Assembly (NCBI RefSeq): GCF_006345805.1
Contig: NC_042998.1
Location: 16,368,001 to 16,432,000 of the forward strand
Length of the DNA stretch: 64,000 bases
Reading direction: 5' to 3'
Source of the DNA: Octopus sinensis
Lineage: Eukaryota
In this document: one piece after another, positions 40,643 through 53,872 of the stretch
Layout: each line of letters opens with the position of its first letter
Position numbering within the stretch: position 1 is the stretch's first letter
Position numbers and translations under genes: made by a program
Notes under the pieces: model-generated
Told to the model about the DNA's origin: nothing
What the model saw: only the letters and a program-made list of their open reading frames with translations
Databases searched by the model: none

Positions 40643-40647
<5 letters not shown>
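40466..40647 (+). mobile_element. PLE-like 3' terminal fragment with a minimal hammerhead-like motif
   Basis: (t)cgacgaAGAGCtccGCTCGAAACGTT followed by a T-rich tail ending in (TA)n; the tcctgagcgt block is shared with 59118-59310. Confidence 0.55.
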
Positions 40648-40737
<90 letters not shown>

Positions 40738-43074
40738 ATGTATTTATGTATGTATGTATGCATGCATGTATGCATGCATGTATGCATGTCTGTATGCATG
40801 CATGTACGTATATACGTATTGCAAATTGTTAATATACAATATATGCAACAACGATCAAGTGACATGAGTATTCAGACAAAACTATTTCTAGCAGTTGAAA
40901 CAAAGAACACAAGGCGATAGATAATCGAAATACAAGGGCTTAAACATAAATAAGTGATCCATTATCATTACAAGCTTTAGTAACTTCACTCACTTTGATT
41001 CTAGTTAAGAATATTCATGTAATTTGATCTTCGCTAAGAAACAGTTTTGTTCAGAATCTAAATGTCAGTGTTCTCATCTTTAGATGACGTGATATTCCAA
41101 TTAAAGTCAGAATGATTTTGATTAAAATGTATGCTAAATGATAAATATTACATGTAATCAACAATTCACCTATTGGTTTAATTTAATATTTGCAAGAGAA
41201 TAAGCTAATCACGATGGCGAATGGGAAGCTAAGAAGGGACAGGATTGTAACACTGAACTAAAAGGAACAAGATATAGATATTGCAATAAATTGACCTGGT
41301 GTTTTATGGTGTATGCTAGTGAGCCAAATGATGTTGAAATAATGATGTTATTCATTTCGTATATATTTGATAATTTGCGAAGCGGGGAGACATTAATGTG
41401 TTTACGCTGAAAAAGAACTTTTTATTTATTACTAAATTTCTTCATATTTCTTTGAGAGAATATGAATCCACAAGGATCGCTAGTCAAGTATAAACAATTT
41501 GTCGGCCATTTGATAATATGAACTGTTTAGTTAATGAAACATTCGAGATAATAGACTTTTTCTGCTGTAATACATTACGCAATGATTATAATAACTTTGC
41601 TAGGATTAATCGCGACTATGTGAACATCAGCAAAACGGAGACGATTTAAATTATATCAGCATTGATTATTGGTTTTCCTTTAAGATTCAAATGAAGTAAC
41701 CATTTTTTCTCGCTTGAAAACATCTTGTTTATACGTATTACTTGATTCACTCGATTAGCTACGTTGAGTTAACTATTAATAAAAAAAAAATGTATGTTTA
41801 ATCGTTTCCATCCGACACTTTCGAGAGTTGTCAAATATTATATTGTTGTATGTAAGGTGTACAGTTTTGTGTGATAGATTCTTATCTAGTTTGCTTAAAA
41901 TGTTCGATTTATATAGTATTTCTTTATCGTCGAGTATATACGATTAACATTTTTTTTTACATAACCAATCAGAAGAAACCACTTATCTGAAGTCAATATG
42001 TCATCTTCAGCTGATATATAATCAGCCTTTTCTCCACAACAATGTTGCAGTAAATCACGGCAAGAAAGCACTAATGTGCATCATATCTTCTCTAGTTGCC
42101 ACAAAAGTTCTTGTAGTGTGACAAGTTTAGCAAAGTAAGTCTGGAATAACCAACAACTATATGAATTATGTTATACGAAACCATTTTCGAACAACTGTGT
42201 ATGCTCAACATCATGAAGAATCTTTGGCAAAGATCTCCAGCTTTGTATTATTAAATGATATTTTGCACATTAAGACGTGAACAAAACTTTCCAACATATC
42301 GGATATAATTTCCCATACGAATCATTCAAATAATGCCATATTTTGCACTGTATTCGTCTCGATTTGTCTCAAAGAGACGAGACTAAATCGTTTCATTTGT
42401 CATAGACTCCCAAATTTTCAGTTTCTACAAAAATTATTTTTGTTTTCATTTGTTCTGTCTAATTAAATCCATTCAAGTACGTTATTATATGCATCCGTAT
42501 AGCATTTGGGTATGCCTCTTCGTCGGAGAAAATTTGCTGACTTTACATTTCATTCATTATTATGATTCACTATAAAAGATTAATTTTTATGCGGGATTGT
42601 ATGCAAGTATTTTAGCATATAAGTATATATGTAAGTGCATGTGTAATTATTCTTTGCATATAGAATATTGTAATTTGTACAATGATAGTAAAGCATGCTA
42701 TTTCTGAGGAAGATGAATATTTTATCAGACCAAGAGTGAAATTATACTTGGATTGTTCGAGAAACATTATGCTACATCATTGTATGTGTGTGTAATGAGA
42801 TCACAGCTTATCATAAATACCTGAATGTGCAAAGGGAATACTTCGAGGTAGATGCATATCAAATAAAGAATGAAGTATGTATTCCTGGATCGGCTAAGTG
42901 CTTCAGCAGATTACAAATAAGTTTTCTTGATCTGTACGTCATTCCTTAAAATGTCGAAAGTTTATTGTTCTCTTTACTGCAATGATTATTTACATGTTTT
43001 TGCTGCAGAATAGTTTTGCCAATATGAATATGTGCGAACAAAGCTAGGGATGAGATGATGATAAGTATCACAAT

Positions 43075-43710
43075 ATGAAAACAGACTGTTTTCGAATCAT
43101 TGACCAACTCAGCTCACAAATGATGATGGTGCTGTTGCAGAAGTCGGTAATGGTTGTGATGATGGTGATGATGGCAATGATGGCAGTGGTGGTGTTGGTG
43201 GTGATGGTGTTGGTGGTGGTGGGAGTGGTCGTCGTCATGATAGAGGTGACGGTGACAATAAGGAATGGTGCTGCTGCTGCTGATGATGATGACGATGACG
43301 ATGAGGAGGAGGAAGAATTTGATGATGATGATGATAATGACAACAATGGTGACGATGATGATAATAACGCTGATGACGACAACAACACTGACAACAACAA
43401 TGATGATGACAATGATGGTGGTTGTGGTAGCAATAGTGATGATGATGATGACGCCGCCGCCGACAACAATGATGACGACGACAACGACAGCGATGATGAT
43501 GATGATGGTGATGATGATGATGATGATGATGATGATGTCCACGATGACGACGACGATAACGACGACAATGACAACGCCGACGACGGCGATGGTGAGGATG
43601 ATGATGACAACGACGATGACAATGACAATGCCGACAACGATGGCGATTGTGATGATGATGAAGATGATGGTGATGACGACGACGACGACGACGACAACAA
43701 CAACAACAAC

Positions 43711-43742
<32 letters not shown>

Positions 43743-43914
43743 CGACGACGACAATGACAACGCTGACAAAGATGGTGATGATGATGATGATGTCGACGAC
43801 GACAATGACAACACCGACAACGACGGCGATGGTGATGATGATGATGATGACGACAACGACGGCGATGATGAAGGCGTTGGTGGTGGTGATAGGGTGGGTT
43901 TGGAGGTGGGATGA
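43075..43914 (+). repeat. (GAT/GAC/AAC/GGT)n trinucleotide low-complexity tract; reads as an Asp-rich ORF
   Basis: Open in five frames, typical of triplet repeats; higher-order ~50-60 bp unit repeated about four times at 43555-43870. Confidence 0.8.
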
Positions 43915-44066
43915 TGCCGATAGCCCGATAGCCCTGATGATGACAACGATTGTACACTGTACAAACCCATAGATTGGTAGGCAGCAATACATGCTGCTTG
44001 ATTGAGTTAAGATGCTTTTTGAAAGCATCAGAATTTATCTAAGATATCAAAATTATCAATGTAGGT

Positions 44067-44362
44067 ACAGGAGCAGCTGTGTGGTAAGTAGCTCGGTCGA
44101 AGGGCGCCGGTACACCACCCATTTTCATTCATTTGTTGTCGTTATTATTATCATCACATAAATGTCTTTGTCCAGCCCGCAGCTACTCAGTGTACTGCCC
44201 TTGTGGCAAACTAAGTGAATAAAAGTAGCTTGCTTACCAATCACATGGTTCTGGGTTCAGTCCCACTGCGTGACACCTTTGGCAAGTATATTCTACTAAA
44301 GTCTCGGGCCGACCAAAGCGTTGTGAGTGGATTTAGTAGACGGATACTGAAAGAAGTCCATC
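44067..44362 (+). mobile_element. SINE 5' part interrupted by a 129-bp insertion
   Basis: The SINE head continues after a duplicated aagtagct (44086-44093 / 44223-44230). Confidence 0.8.
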
Positions 44363-44445
44363 GAAGTGGTGCATGTGGATATCCACTTCTTTCGTTCGCT
44401 GTCATTTACCTCAAAGAAGTTTTTATTCCACCAATTTGAATTCTT

Positions 44446-44855
44446 TCTTTTCTTTTCTTTTACTTGCTTCAGTCATTTGACTGGGGCCATGCTGGAGCAC
44501 CGCCTTTTAGTCGAGCAAATCGACCCAAGGACTTATTCTTTGTAAGCCCAGGACTTATTCTATCGGTCTCTTTTGCCGAACCGCTAAGTGACGGGGACGT
44601 AAGCACACCAGGATCGGTTGTCAAGGAATGTCAGGAGGACAAACACAGACATACACACACACACACATATATAGAAATATACATATATACGACAGGCTTC
44701 TTTCAGTTTCCGTCTACCAAATCCACTCACAAGGCTTTGGTCGGCCCGGCGCTATAGCAAAAAAACACTTGCCCAAGATGCCACGCAGTGGGACTGAACC
44801 CGGAAACATGTGGTTGGTTAGCAAGCTACTTAACACACAGCCACTCCTGCGCCTA
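44446..44855 (-). mobile_element. Full-length tRNA-derived SINE
   Basis: Near-identical to 30186-30606. Confidence 0.9.
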
Positions 44856-45653
44856 TACCACACTTAAATTAATAATATCATATATTTGAATTGTTCACGT
44901 TTAATTGATTTCAAAGAACCACAGCAATTTCTTTTTTAAAATAGAGAATCTACATTTAAACTCATGTAGAAGATTAGGAAAATATGAGAAAAGAAACTGG
45001 CATTGGATATGGGTGCTTTTATAAAGTAGCATATGCTTCAGATTTCAAGGAGATATTTAAGAAAGAGTAAATGAAAGACACAATGCTCTATTTCTGTGAG
45101 ATTGTGACGTCCCTATTAATTTAGTTCCTGCGATCAATGAGCTTCTGGATATGTATGCGTATAGGCCTGTAAGCAGGCATACACGACAACGATTACATAT
45201 TTCCCTATATTTTATTATATAAAATCTATAAGCTAACAATATAGCTTTTCATTCTACAAACTCCAATTATGGAAATATTTTCCATTACTAACCATAATAA
45301 TCTCACAAAAAAAGATTCAATGGATGAAGGGATTTGATACCTTATACACATAGCGTCTTACAAACGCATATCAAGGAAGTTGATATACATCCAAATATAT
45401 CTGCCTAGACGGGAGGAAACGCTAAACCCACGCAAATTATGTGTACAACAAATTCAAAAGATTTCGAACTAAGAAGGCACATTCATGACTAAGAAATTCA
45501 AATACACACGCGCACACACACACGCTCACGCACGCACATATATAAAGATATAAAAGATGATTCGCACTTTAAGATGATGTAGATAATAACGACTTAGGAG
45601 CCTTTCATAGGTTGAAGCACTAACATTTCTACAGGCATGTGTGTATGTACGTT

Positions 45654-45972
<319 letters not shown>

Positions 45973-46188
45973 TGAATGCATGTATATGCGTACGGATGTA
46001 TTCATGTATATATGCATATCAATTTATATGCATATGCATATGAGTATATATATATGTACCAGTCTATAAGCGTACATAGTTGCATAAGACATTACCAGAG
46101 ACGCATGCATGAGCAAACTAAACTGTGTATTTATACATGTGCGTAGTTTTGGATATACACGTAATTCACGTTAGTATATCTTTTAATT

Positions 46189-46238
<50 letters not shown>

Positions 46239-46763
46239 AATATGATTAGTTTCGTAGCTCGTACAAAATGCGACAAGCTACTCGGATGATACGACTGGCC
46301 TCGAGGCAAGAACCAATAAAATATACAACTTATGCAACAATAAATTAATTAATAAAACTTCGAAAAATTTTCATTCACTTGTCATTCAGCTATCAAACGT
46401 GTTTCAAAAATTATGGGATAGACCATAATATATTTCAATTGCTGGGACACAATCTCTGCATGATTTGCAGATTAATGAGAGAAATAATGCATTTAATGCG
46501 TATATAGCAACATCTTGTTGAGAACTGAATGCGTCAAGATTAAGAGCGAGAATGAAGGAAAATAATTTGCTAAGGTTAGTTCTAAAGTTATAGCCAACAC
46601 TGAATTTGTTGCTACAACTTTTCGTATCGAGACGTCAAACATAATCAAACGATTAGATCGAAGACAAAGATGGGCAATGAGTGTATATGCCATATTTGAG
46701 AGGATTTTTGTCCCTTCATCAGCAATCATCTAACCCATTCTTGCTTCCGAAGACATTGTCTAC

Positions 46764-46975
46764 ATAGCCACCGCATTCAGCGGTGTAAAGTTAAACGCAT
46801 TCCTTGTACTGGTATGTAAATATTAAAGATTTGTAGGCATGTGGAATTACCTTATGCAACCATAATATGCTATAAAGTATATTAAATGTTTTAATACCAG
46901 CACCAGGAACGCGTTTAACATAATATATAAATTGGTACATCCAATAACATTGCACCGCTGTATGCGGTGGCTATA
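46764..46975. repeat. MITE-like nested inverted repeats
   Basis: atagccaccgcattcagcggtgtaa vs ttgcaccgctgtatgcggtggctat; inner pair 46790-46815 vs 46894-46919. Confidence 0.75.
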
Positions 46976-48711
46976 TAAGCTACGTGTTCGGAGGCAAGAG
47001 TGAGTTAGATTAATGGTGTTGAAGGGGAAAACCCCCGATATATGGCATATATACTCAGTCCCTATCTTTGTCCATAATCACATTGCTTGTTTACATCTGA
47101 CGTCTAAATACAAATAGGTGGAGCAAAATATTAGTTCTGGCTATAATTTCTGTAGAAACAACCTAAACAAAAATAATGTAAAGATTACTGCTAACACAGT
47201 AGGATGTGGTGTTAACTCATAAAAATTATGTAATATACTTTATAGTATATTATGTTTGCATAACTAAATTCCTCGTTGCCACAAATCTTTCATAGACGGA
47301 AAATACGTTGTCTCAGCAAATCACTTGTTTCCTCCAATGCATATGTTACTTACTTAAATTATGCCCAACACATTATTAAATTCAATGGGAGTATCGGGAA
47401 AATCCAGTCCTATTACATTGAAATGAATGCCTCTTTCCATTAGATGAGCTTCTAAAAAGAGGCTCGCAGGTATTAGAGTAATCTTTCTGGAGTTAAACGC
47501 AAAGAGATAGTAAAAATTAAAATGAAAATCTAAAAATAATATTCGTTGAAATATACTGTAATAATCATTGTAGTACAAATGGTCACTGATATATGTAAGC
47601 AAGTTTAACATTTTTCAAATATTCTGATGTATGAAAATAAGATAAGTCACCCTATTTATGGCAGAGTTAATTCTTGTCTACATCAGTGAAATAAAAAGAA
47701 ATAGAAAACATGTAATTAGGGAAACTGCTTCATGTAACGTGTGAAATATTGCTTACTGAACAAAGACAGGTGTTTAATTAGGCATATTTCTACAAAATAT
47801 TTTGTTTTTATGATTATGTTGTAAATGTACTTTGAATTCGGAAATAGTTTTGCTATTTGTGGAATGAAATGTATTTTGTTATTGAAATAGTTTGCAAGCT
47901 TTCATATTTATTTGTCTCTACATATCTTCCATCATAAGTCTTTTATTTCTCAATATATAAACATATAAGTTTCGCATAAAAGAAAACTTTAAAATATAAG
48001 TACTGAATAAAACATTGTCAAACTTCCAAACAGCATTTACCTCACATGTAAATATTAAATATTTGCTTCCCAATAAAAGTTAAAATTGTTAAAATGTTTT
48101 AAATTAAATTCTGATAAATGTTACATGCTAAAACATTTTACCGAGGGGTCAACACATTACCAAATTGATTCAATCCATTTTATAAAAATCAACTTCTACA
48201 AGTTTATCTATATAGAGACGATAAAATATTCTAGATTGATCATAGCCCATTTCAAATATTCTTTTTCTAAAATCGTTTCTGAATTACCTTCGGAAAACAA
48301 TTATTTCCTATTCACCGAAAGGTAAATGCTCATAGGTTTCAATCTACACAGGAGAACACTAATCTGAGAATTAACGAAAGACTCACTATAATCAATATAA
48401 ATATCATTTAGATTGAACAAAATATGTTGTAGCCATAAACATAATCATACATAAATTTTCAACACTTTTCTCCAACTCTTAGCACGTGCCAATTCACGAA
48501 CAACCTCTCCTAATTGTTTTCATATTTAGTTTCCGTTGAGTGACTGTAACAGGGTCAGTTTGAATGTCCGTTTGTACTTTGTGTTTTGTTTTCGTTTTAT
48601 GAATTGTTGTTTAAATTTTTTTGTGGTTTTATTCAACATGCTTCATTTTCAGTGTAAAGTATATTGTCTGATTCACTTATTTATTTTTATACTCTTTCTC
48701 GTTTACTTTTT

Positions 48712-48918
48712 TACTCTTTTATATGTTCCAGTCATTTGACTGCGGCCATGCTGGAGCACCGCTTTTAGTCGAGAAAATCGAACCCAGGACTTATTATTTG
48801 TAAGTCTAGTTCTTATTCTATCGGTCTCTCTTGCCGAACCGCTAAGTTACGGGGACGTAAACACACCAGCATCGGTTGTCAAGCGATGCTGGGGAGAAAA
48901 ACACAGACACACAAACAA

Positions 48919-48975
<57 letters not shown>

Positions 48976-49148
48976 GACATATATACGACGAGCTTCTTTC
49001 AATTTCCGTCTACCAAATCCACTCACAAGGCTTTGGTCGGCCCGAGCCTATAGTAGAAGATACTTACCCAAGGTGCAACGCAGTGGGACTGAACCCGGAA
49101 CCATGTGGTTGGTAAGCAAGCTACTTACTACACAGCCATTTCTGCACC
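48712..49148 (-). mobile_element. Full-length tRNA-derived SINE
   Basis: Similar to 30186 and 44446. Confidence 0.9.
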
Positions 49149-49166
49149 TATTTTATTTTATTTTTT

Positions 49167-49468
49167 GAGGCAAGTGTTTTCTAGTATAGGCTCGGGCCGA
49201 CCAAAGCCTTGTGAATGGATTTGGTAGACGGAAACTGAAAGAAGCCCATCGTATATATGTATGTATATATATTTGCGTGTGTGTTTGTGTGTCTGTCCTC
49301 CCAACTTCGCTTGACAACCAATGCTGGGGTGTATACGGCAAAAAGACGGATAGAATAAGTACAGGCTTACAAAAATAAGTCCTCGTGTCGATTTCGTCAA
49401 CTAAAGGCGGTACTCCAGCATGGTGACAGTCAAATGACTGAAACAAGTAAAAGAGTAAAAGAGTAAAT
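49167..49468 (+). mobile_element. 5'-truncated tRNA-derived SINE, inverted relative to its neighbour
   Basis: ggcaagtgttttcta...ggccgaccaaagccttgtg...gtcaaatgactgaaacaagtaaaagagtaaaagag. Confidence 0.88.
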
Positions 49469-49886
49469 ACAAAGGAATTCCTGAAGGTATACAAATACTG
49501 TGAACGTACTTTAAACGGTAAACTCTAAGATGTATAAACGAACTTAAAATTATTACTAATGTACATACATATACGTATGTGTGTATGAGGTGTGTATGTA
49601 TATATATATATATATATATATATTTATAAATGTATATGTGTGTATGTGTGTGTAAATAAATAAAGATATTATAATTATTAATATTAATAAATAACAATAA
49701 TAATATAATTGGCCAGCATGTATTAAAGCCAAAAAAGTATAACTATAAATTAATAATTAATTATCAATTACAATTGAGGGTACACGATATACCAGTGTGG
49801 CTACAAATAAGAGTGGGAAAATACACAAATACTCAAACGAAATAAGTATATATTTTATACACAAATAAATAAAGATATTATTATTA

Positions 49887-49936
<50 letters not shown>

Positions 49937-49939
49937 GTT

Positions 49940-50095
49940 ATTGAGTGAGAGAGCAGTGCATGTCATCAAAGTGACACTGAGGTAAGATATACGAAGCCCA
50001 GTATACACATCTTGACTACCCGTATTTTATACCAAGACAAAACAATGTACATGATAACACTTCCAATCAGTTAAGATCAGAAGCCATGAGATCCA
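49940..50095 (-). mobile_element. Internally deleted copy of the 27820-28352 repeat
   Basis: ttgagtgagag...gactacccgt is joined directly to ttttataccaagacaaaac...gaagccatgaga. Confidence 0.8.
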
Positions 50096-50125
50096 CTGTC
50101 TAATACTGCATCAGGGCATCATCAT

Positions 50126-50160
<35 letters not shown>

Positions 50161-50424
50161 AGGTCATTATTATTATAATTATATATAACAACCATGAATA
50201 TCAATGGCCAGCATGCATTAAAGCCAAAGAGGCAAATTTATAAATTTATAATTAATTACTAATTATAATTGAGGGTGTACGAATTACCAGCGTTGCTAGA
50301 AATAAGAGTCAGAGAAAACTCAAATAAAAACTCAATTCCACTGAAAAATTTACCAAGCTGATGAAAATCGAGGAAAGAGTAAAAGGGAACCTACCATTGC
50401 CGGTGAAAAACGCATATCAAATAC

Positions 50425-50635
50425 GTCATTGTGTTCGTGTTTGTCCCACAGCAAGGCTTGACAACTGGGCTCGTTTATGTCCCTGTAACTTAGCCTTTCC
50501 GCAATAGGAGCCTGATAGAATAAGTAAAAAGGCTTCAGAAAATTACTGGGGCCGAATTGTTCAGCTATACACTCCGAGGCGATGGTCCATCATGGTCACG
50601 GTCTCATTACTGAAACAAGAGAAATAATAAAAGAA
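50425..50635 (+). mobile_element. Old degenerate SINE 3' half
   Basis: gcttgacaac..gtttatgtccctgtaacttagc...gatagaataagt...ctgaaacaag. Confidence 0.65.
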
Positions 50636-50946
50636 TAGCGTTAATGCTGCGACATATTGTTCCAAATATATCTGTAAGAGACTTATCGATATATTGAAAT
50701 GTTTGATAAATTCCACTTCATAGTAAAACTTCATTATCATCAGACGTAGAATTCATGGCATTGCAATGAGGCAATTATTGGATAATAAGTTACTAGAAGA
50801 CCTGCAACTAAATAATATAAATAGCATATTTAGTAAGATATGCCTCAGGTCAATTTCGTTTACAACTATATATGCAATAGAATTGCGAACCCAATATTGT
50901 TAATATTTTGGTAGTATTTATTGTGAGAAACCAGACGGGTAGAGGG

Positions 50947-50960
50947 TATTATTATTATTA

Positions 50961-51039
<79 letters not shown>

Positions 51040-51052
51040 CATTATTATTATT
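50947..51052. repeat. (ATT)n microsatellite
   Basis: Direct inspection. Confidence 0.95.
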
Positions 51053-52590
51053 CTTCCTAAGTTTACTATTATTATTACTATTCGGAAAAGTATCATTTCT
51101 ATGATCATTATTTACGTTCACTAACTTTTAATCTGATTTATGTAGTCTTCTGGCATTTAGGATTCTATATACGTAAATGTAATTCCTAACGTATCTAATA
51201 TATATTTCAGATAGTCAAGAAATTTATGTAAGTTAAGCTTGTAATTTAGCTGCAGAGAAAAAGAGAACAGTAAAAATGTACGATAATAATCCACCTAAGA
51301 AAATACAGACTTATTGAATTAATTTCTACTTTGAATGAACTTTACGGGACTATTTCCTCGTATTCGATATACGAACAACGCGGTAGCAGTTAGATTCATA
51401 GTAAGAAACTATATCAATGAAATCGGCGAAATTTATAGAGTGCCTACCCGGAGACATGAAAAAGAATATTTCCATAAGGTACAGGGAGACAACAAAAGTA
51501 TTTGTTTGCTTTCTAAAGATTTCAGTATTGGTGAGGCAATGTTCAACTTGGATTAAAGGCTTATGCTTCGGTATTTCTAGTTTCTATACACCAAATCTTT
51601 TGACTTAGATCAAAGTGAGAAATGTAAGTTGCAGGAACAGTGAAATATAAAGGACAGCCGACTTCCAATGCCGCAAACATTTCTCTGTAGAGTAGAAATA
51701 AAATAAATTATTAATTATCTCATATCATACCAATTCATATATGGAATCAAGAAACATCGAGCTCTCTCTCTCTCCCTCTCTCTCTCTATCTATCTATCTA
51801 TCTATCTATCTCTCACTTCCTCACTTTTTCTCTCTCGCTCTCTCTCTATCTATCTATCTATCTATCTATCTCTCCCTTACTTCCTATCTCTCTCTCCCTC
51901 ACTCTCTCACTCCCTCTCCTTTTCAGTGAGTGTATTTGCACATGCACACATACAAACATCAGGCGTATAAGCCACGTGCGCACATGCATACACTCGGTCT
52001 CACATAAAATCACGCATCCATACGTATAATTATATACATATATTCATTTGATTCTTGTGATTCACTTTGCACAACTCTGAGTTTTTTTGTTATATGCTCC
52101 TAAATATAGGTTTCGGATTACTTCTTAGGAATTAGTTTCCATTCCACTGAATATCAAACATAGCAAAGAGACTAAACATGCAGTTTCGAAGTGAACGCTG
52201 TTCTTAAACGTAGTTATTGTTACAGAAGATGTAATAGGACGTCTGTTATCCGATGTGCTATATAGTTGGTTTCTCGTCAATGGACTTAGTGATAATTATA
52301 TATGTGCATCATAACGTTCCACGTAACTTTATATTTTGTCCGAGTTCTGTTAAAGGCAATGCAAAACGAATTCATAATTGGATTAAAGCGTTTAACGGAT
52401 GTATACTAAGGACACAGATTACTTACAATAAAATACAATGACATAAGTTTCACCAAATAGTTTCCTTTATGAAACTAAAAGGAAGAAAACGACTCATTGA
52501 TCACATCAAATATGCATAGACATGTATATATGAATAAGTATACACGCTTACGTCCATAAACAGATACATACACACGTGTGTTTTTCTATA

Positions 52591-52672
<82 letters not shown>

Positions 52673-53775
52673 TGAGTCGTTAAGAAATCATAAACATTGG
52701 AGAAAACGTGGAATAGTCCTTTCTTGTTATTAGTTTTTGAAGTGCATTTAAAGCTACAAATACTACCATGTATTAAAAGCTACATTACTATTACAATACA
52801 ATATTAAAAGCCACAATACTACCATGTAGGATTGAAAATCCGTATTGGATAATAAAGTTGAGGGAAACACATAGGGCGCGAATTCATATCTAATTAAAGA
52901 ATTATAAGCGTCCTACCATTGTTTCACAGCAACCATTCGGATTTCTCTACCCGTTGTAGAATCGTTATTCTTACCAGAGAGGGAATTGCGTGTTGTTAAA
53001 GTCTTCAGAATTTATAAACATTCGAGAGAAAGTAAGATAACTCATTTTTGGAATTGGTTCTCAAGGTAAAAATCTCCAAATGATAGCAACATTAAGAAGA
53101 GAGCCCGAATAACTTAAAAGCCAGTGTGGAATATCCTGTATTACATACTAAGTTCGTCACGGCTTCAAAACCCCTGCCGGAAGTGGTTGTATTTTATTAA
53201 ATCCCAACGTATCTTATGTATATTTTAGATAGTCAAGAAATTTATGTAAGTTAAACTTGTAACTTAGCTGCAGAGAAAAGGAGAACAGTAAACGTGTACG
53301 ATAACAATCTACTTAAAAATATACATTTATTGAATTGATTTCTACTTAGAATGAACATTACGGGACTATTTCCTCGTATTTGATACACGAACAACATGAC
53401 AAAGCTTACTCATTCAGTGCATGCACAAATCCAGTAGTACTATAATAAAATCTTTCAATTTAAAGCTTGAGCTGGTGTCTTGTACAGTCATAATTTGGAT
53501 ATTTCTTTATTGAACAATTTCTTTTAATAAAACTAATTGCAAGATCCAAAGTGGATGGAAATTTTAGATGAGCAGATATATTTAATTCCGTTGGAATGAA
53601 ACTAATTCACTTGTTCTAGATATATATTATTTACAAATAATATTTCGTTGTTTCCAATTCGTTATACAATGATTGAAGTTAGTCTTCATACTTCTTACAG
53701 ACAATCTCAGTTGAACGAAGGAGATTACTATGATTATATATTTAAATTCTAATACTAAATATATACCTTGGATCA

Positions 53776-53872
53776 AAACATGTTCTTTCAGCAAGATGGA
53801 CCGCCTCCACATTATACGTAAGAGACTACCTTAACCAAGCCTTTTCACGGCGTTGGTTTGGAAGAAAAAGGT
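53776..53872 (+). mobile_element. Tc1/mariner transposase fragment
   Basis: MFFQQDGPPPHY then (frameshift) RDYLNQAFSRRWFGR. Confidence 0.65.

Noticed and set aside
42048-42140. Candidate exons defined only by AG/GTAAGT (also 8717-8764, 39175-39320 minus, 63300-63410)
   Set aside because: About 20 GTAAGT hexamers are expected by chance at this base composition, and the translations are unrecognisable or contain stops
43068-44028. Ser-rich, His-rich, Ile/Val-rich and Met/Thr-rich ORFs overlapping the Asp-rich ORF
   Set aside because: Alternative frames of the same triplet repeat
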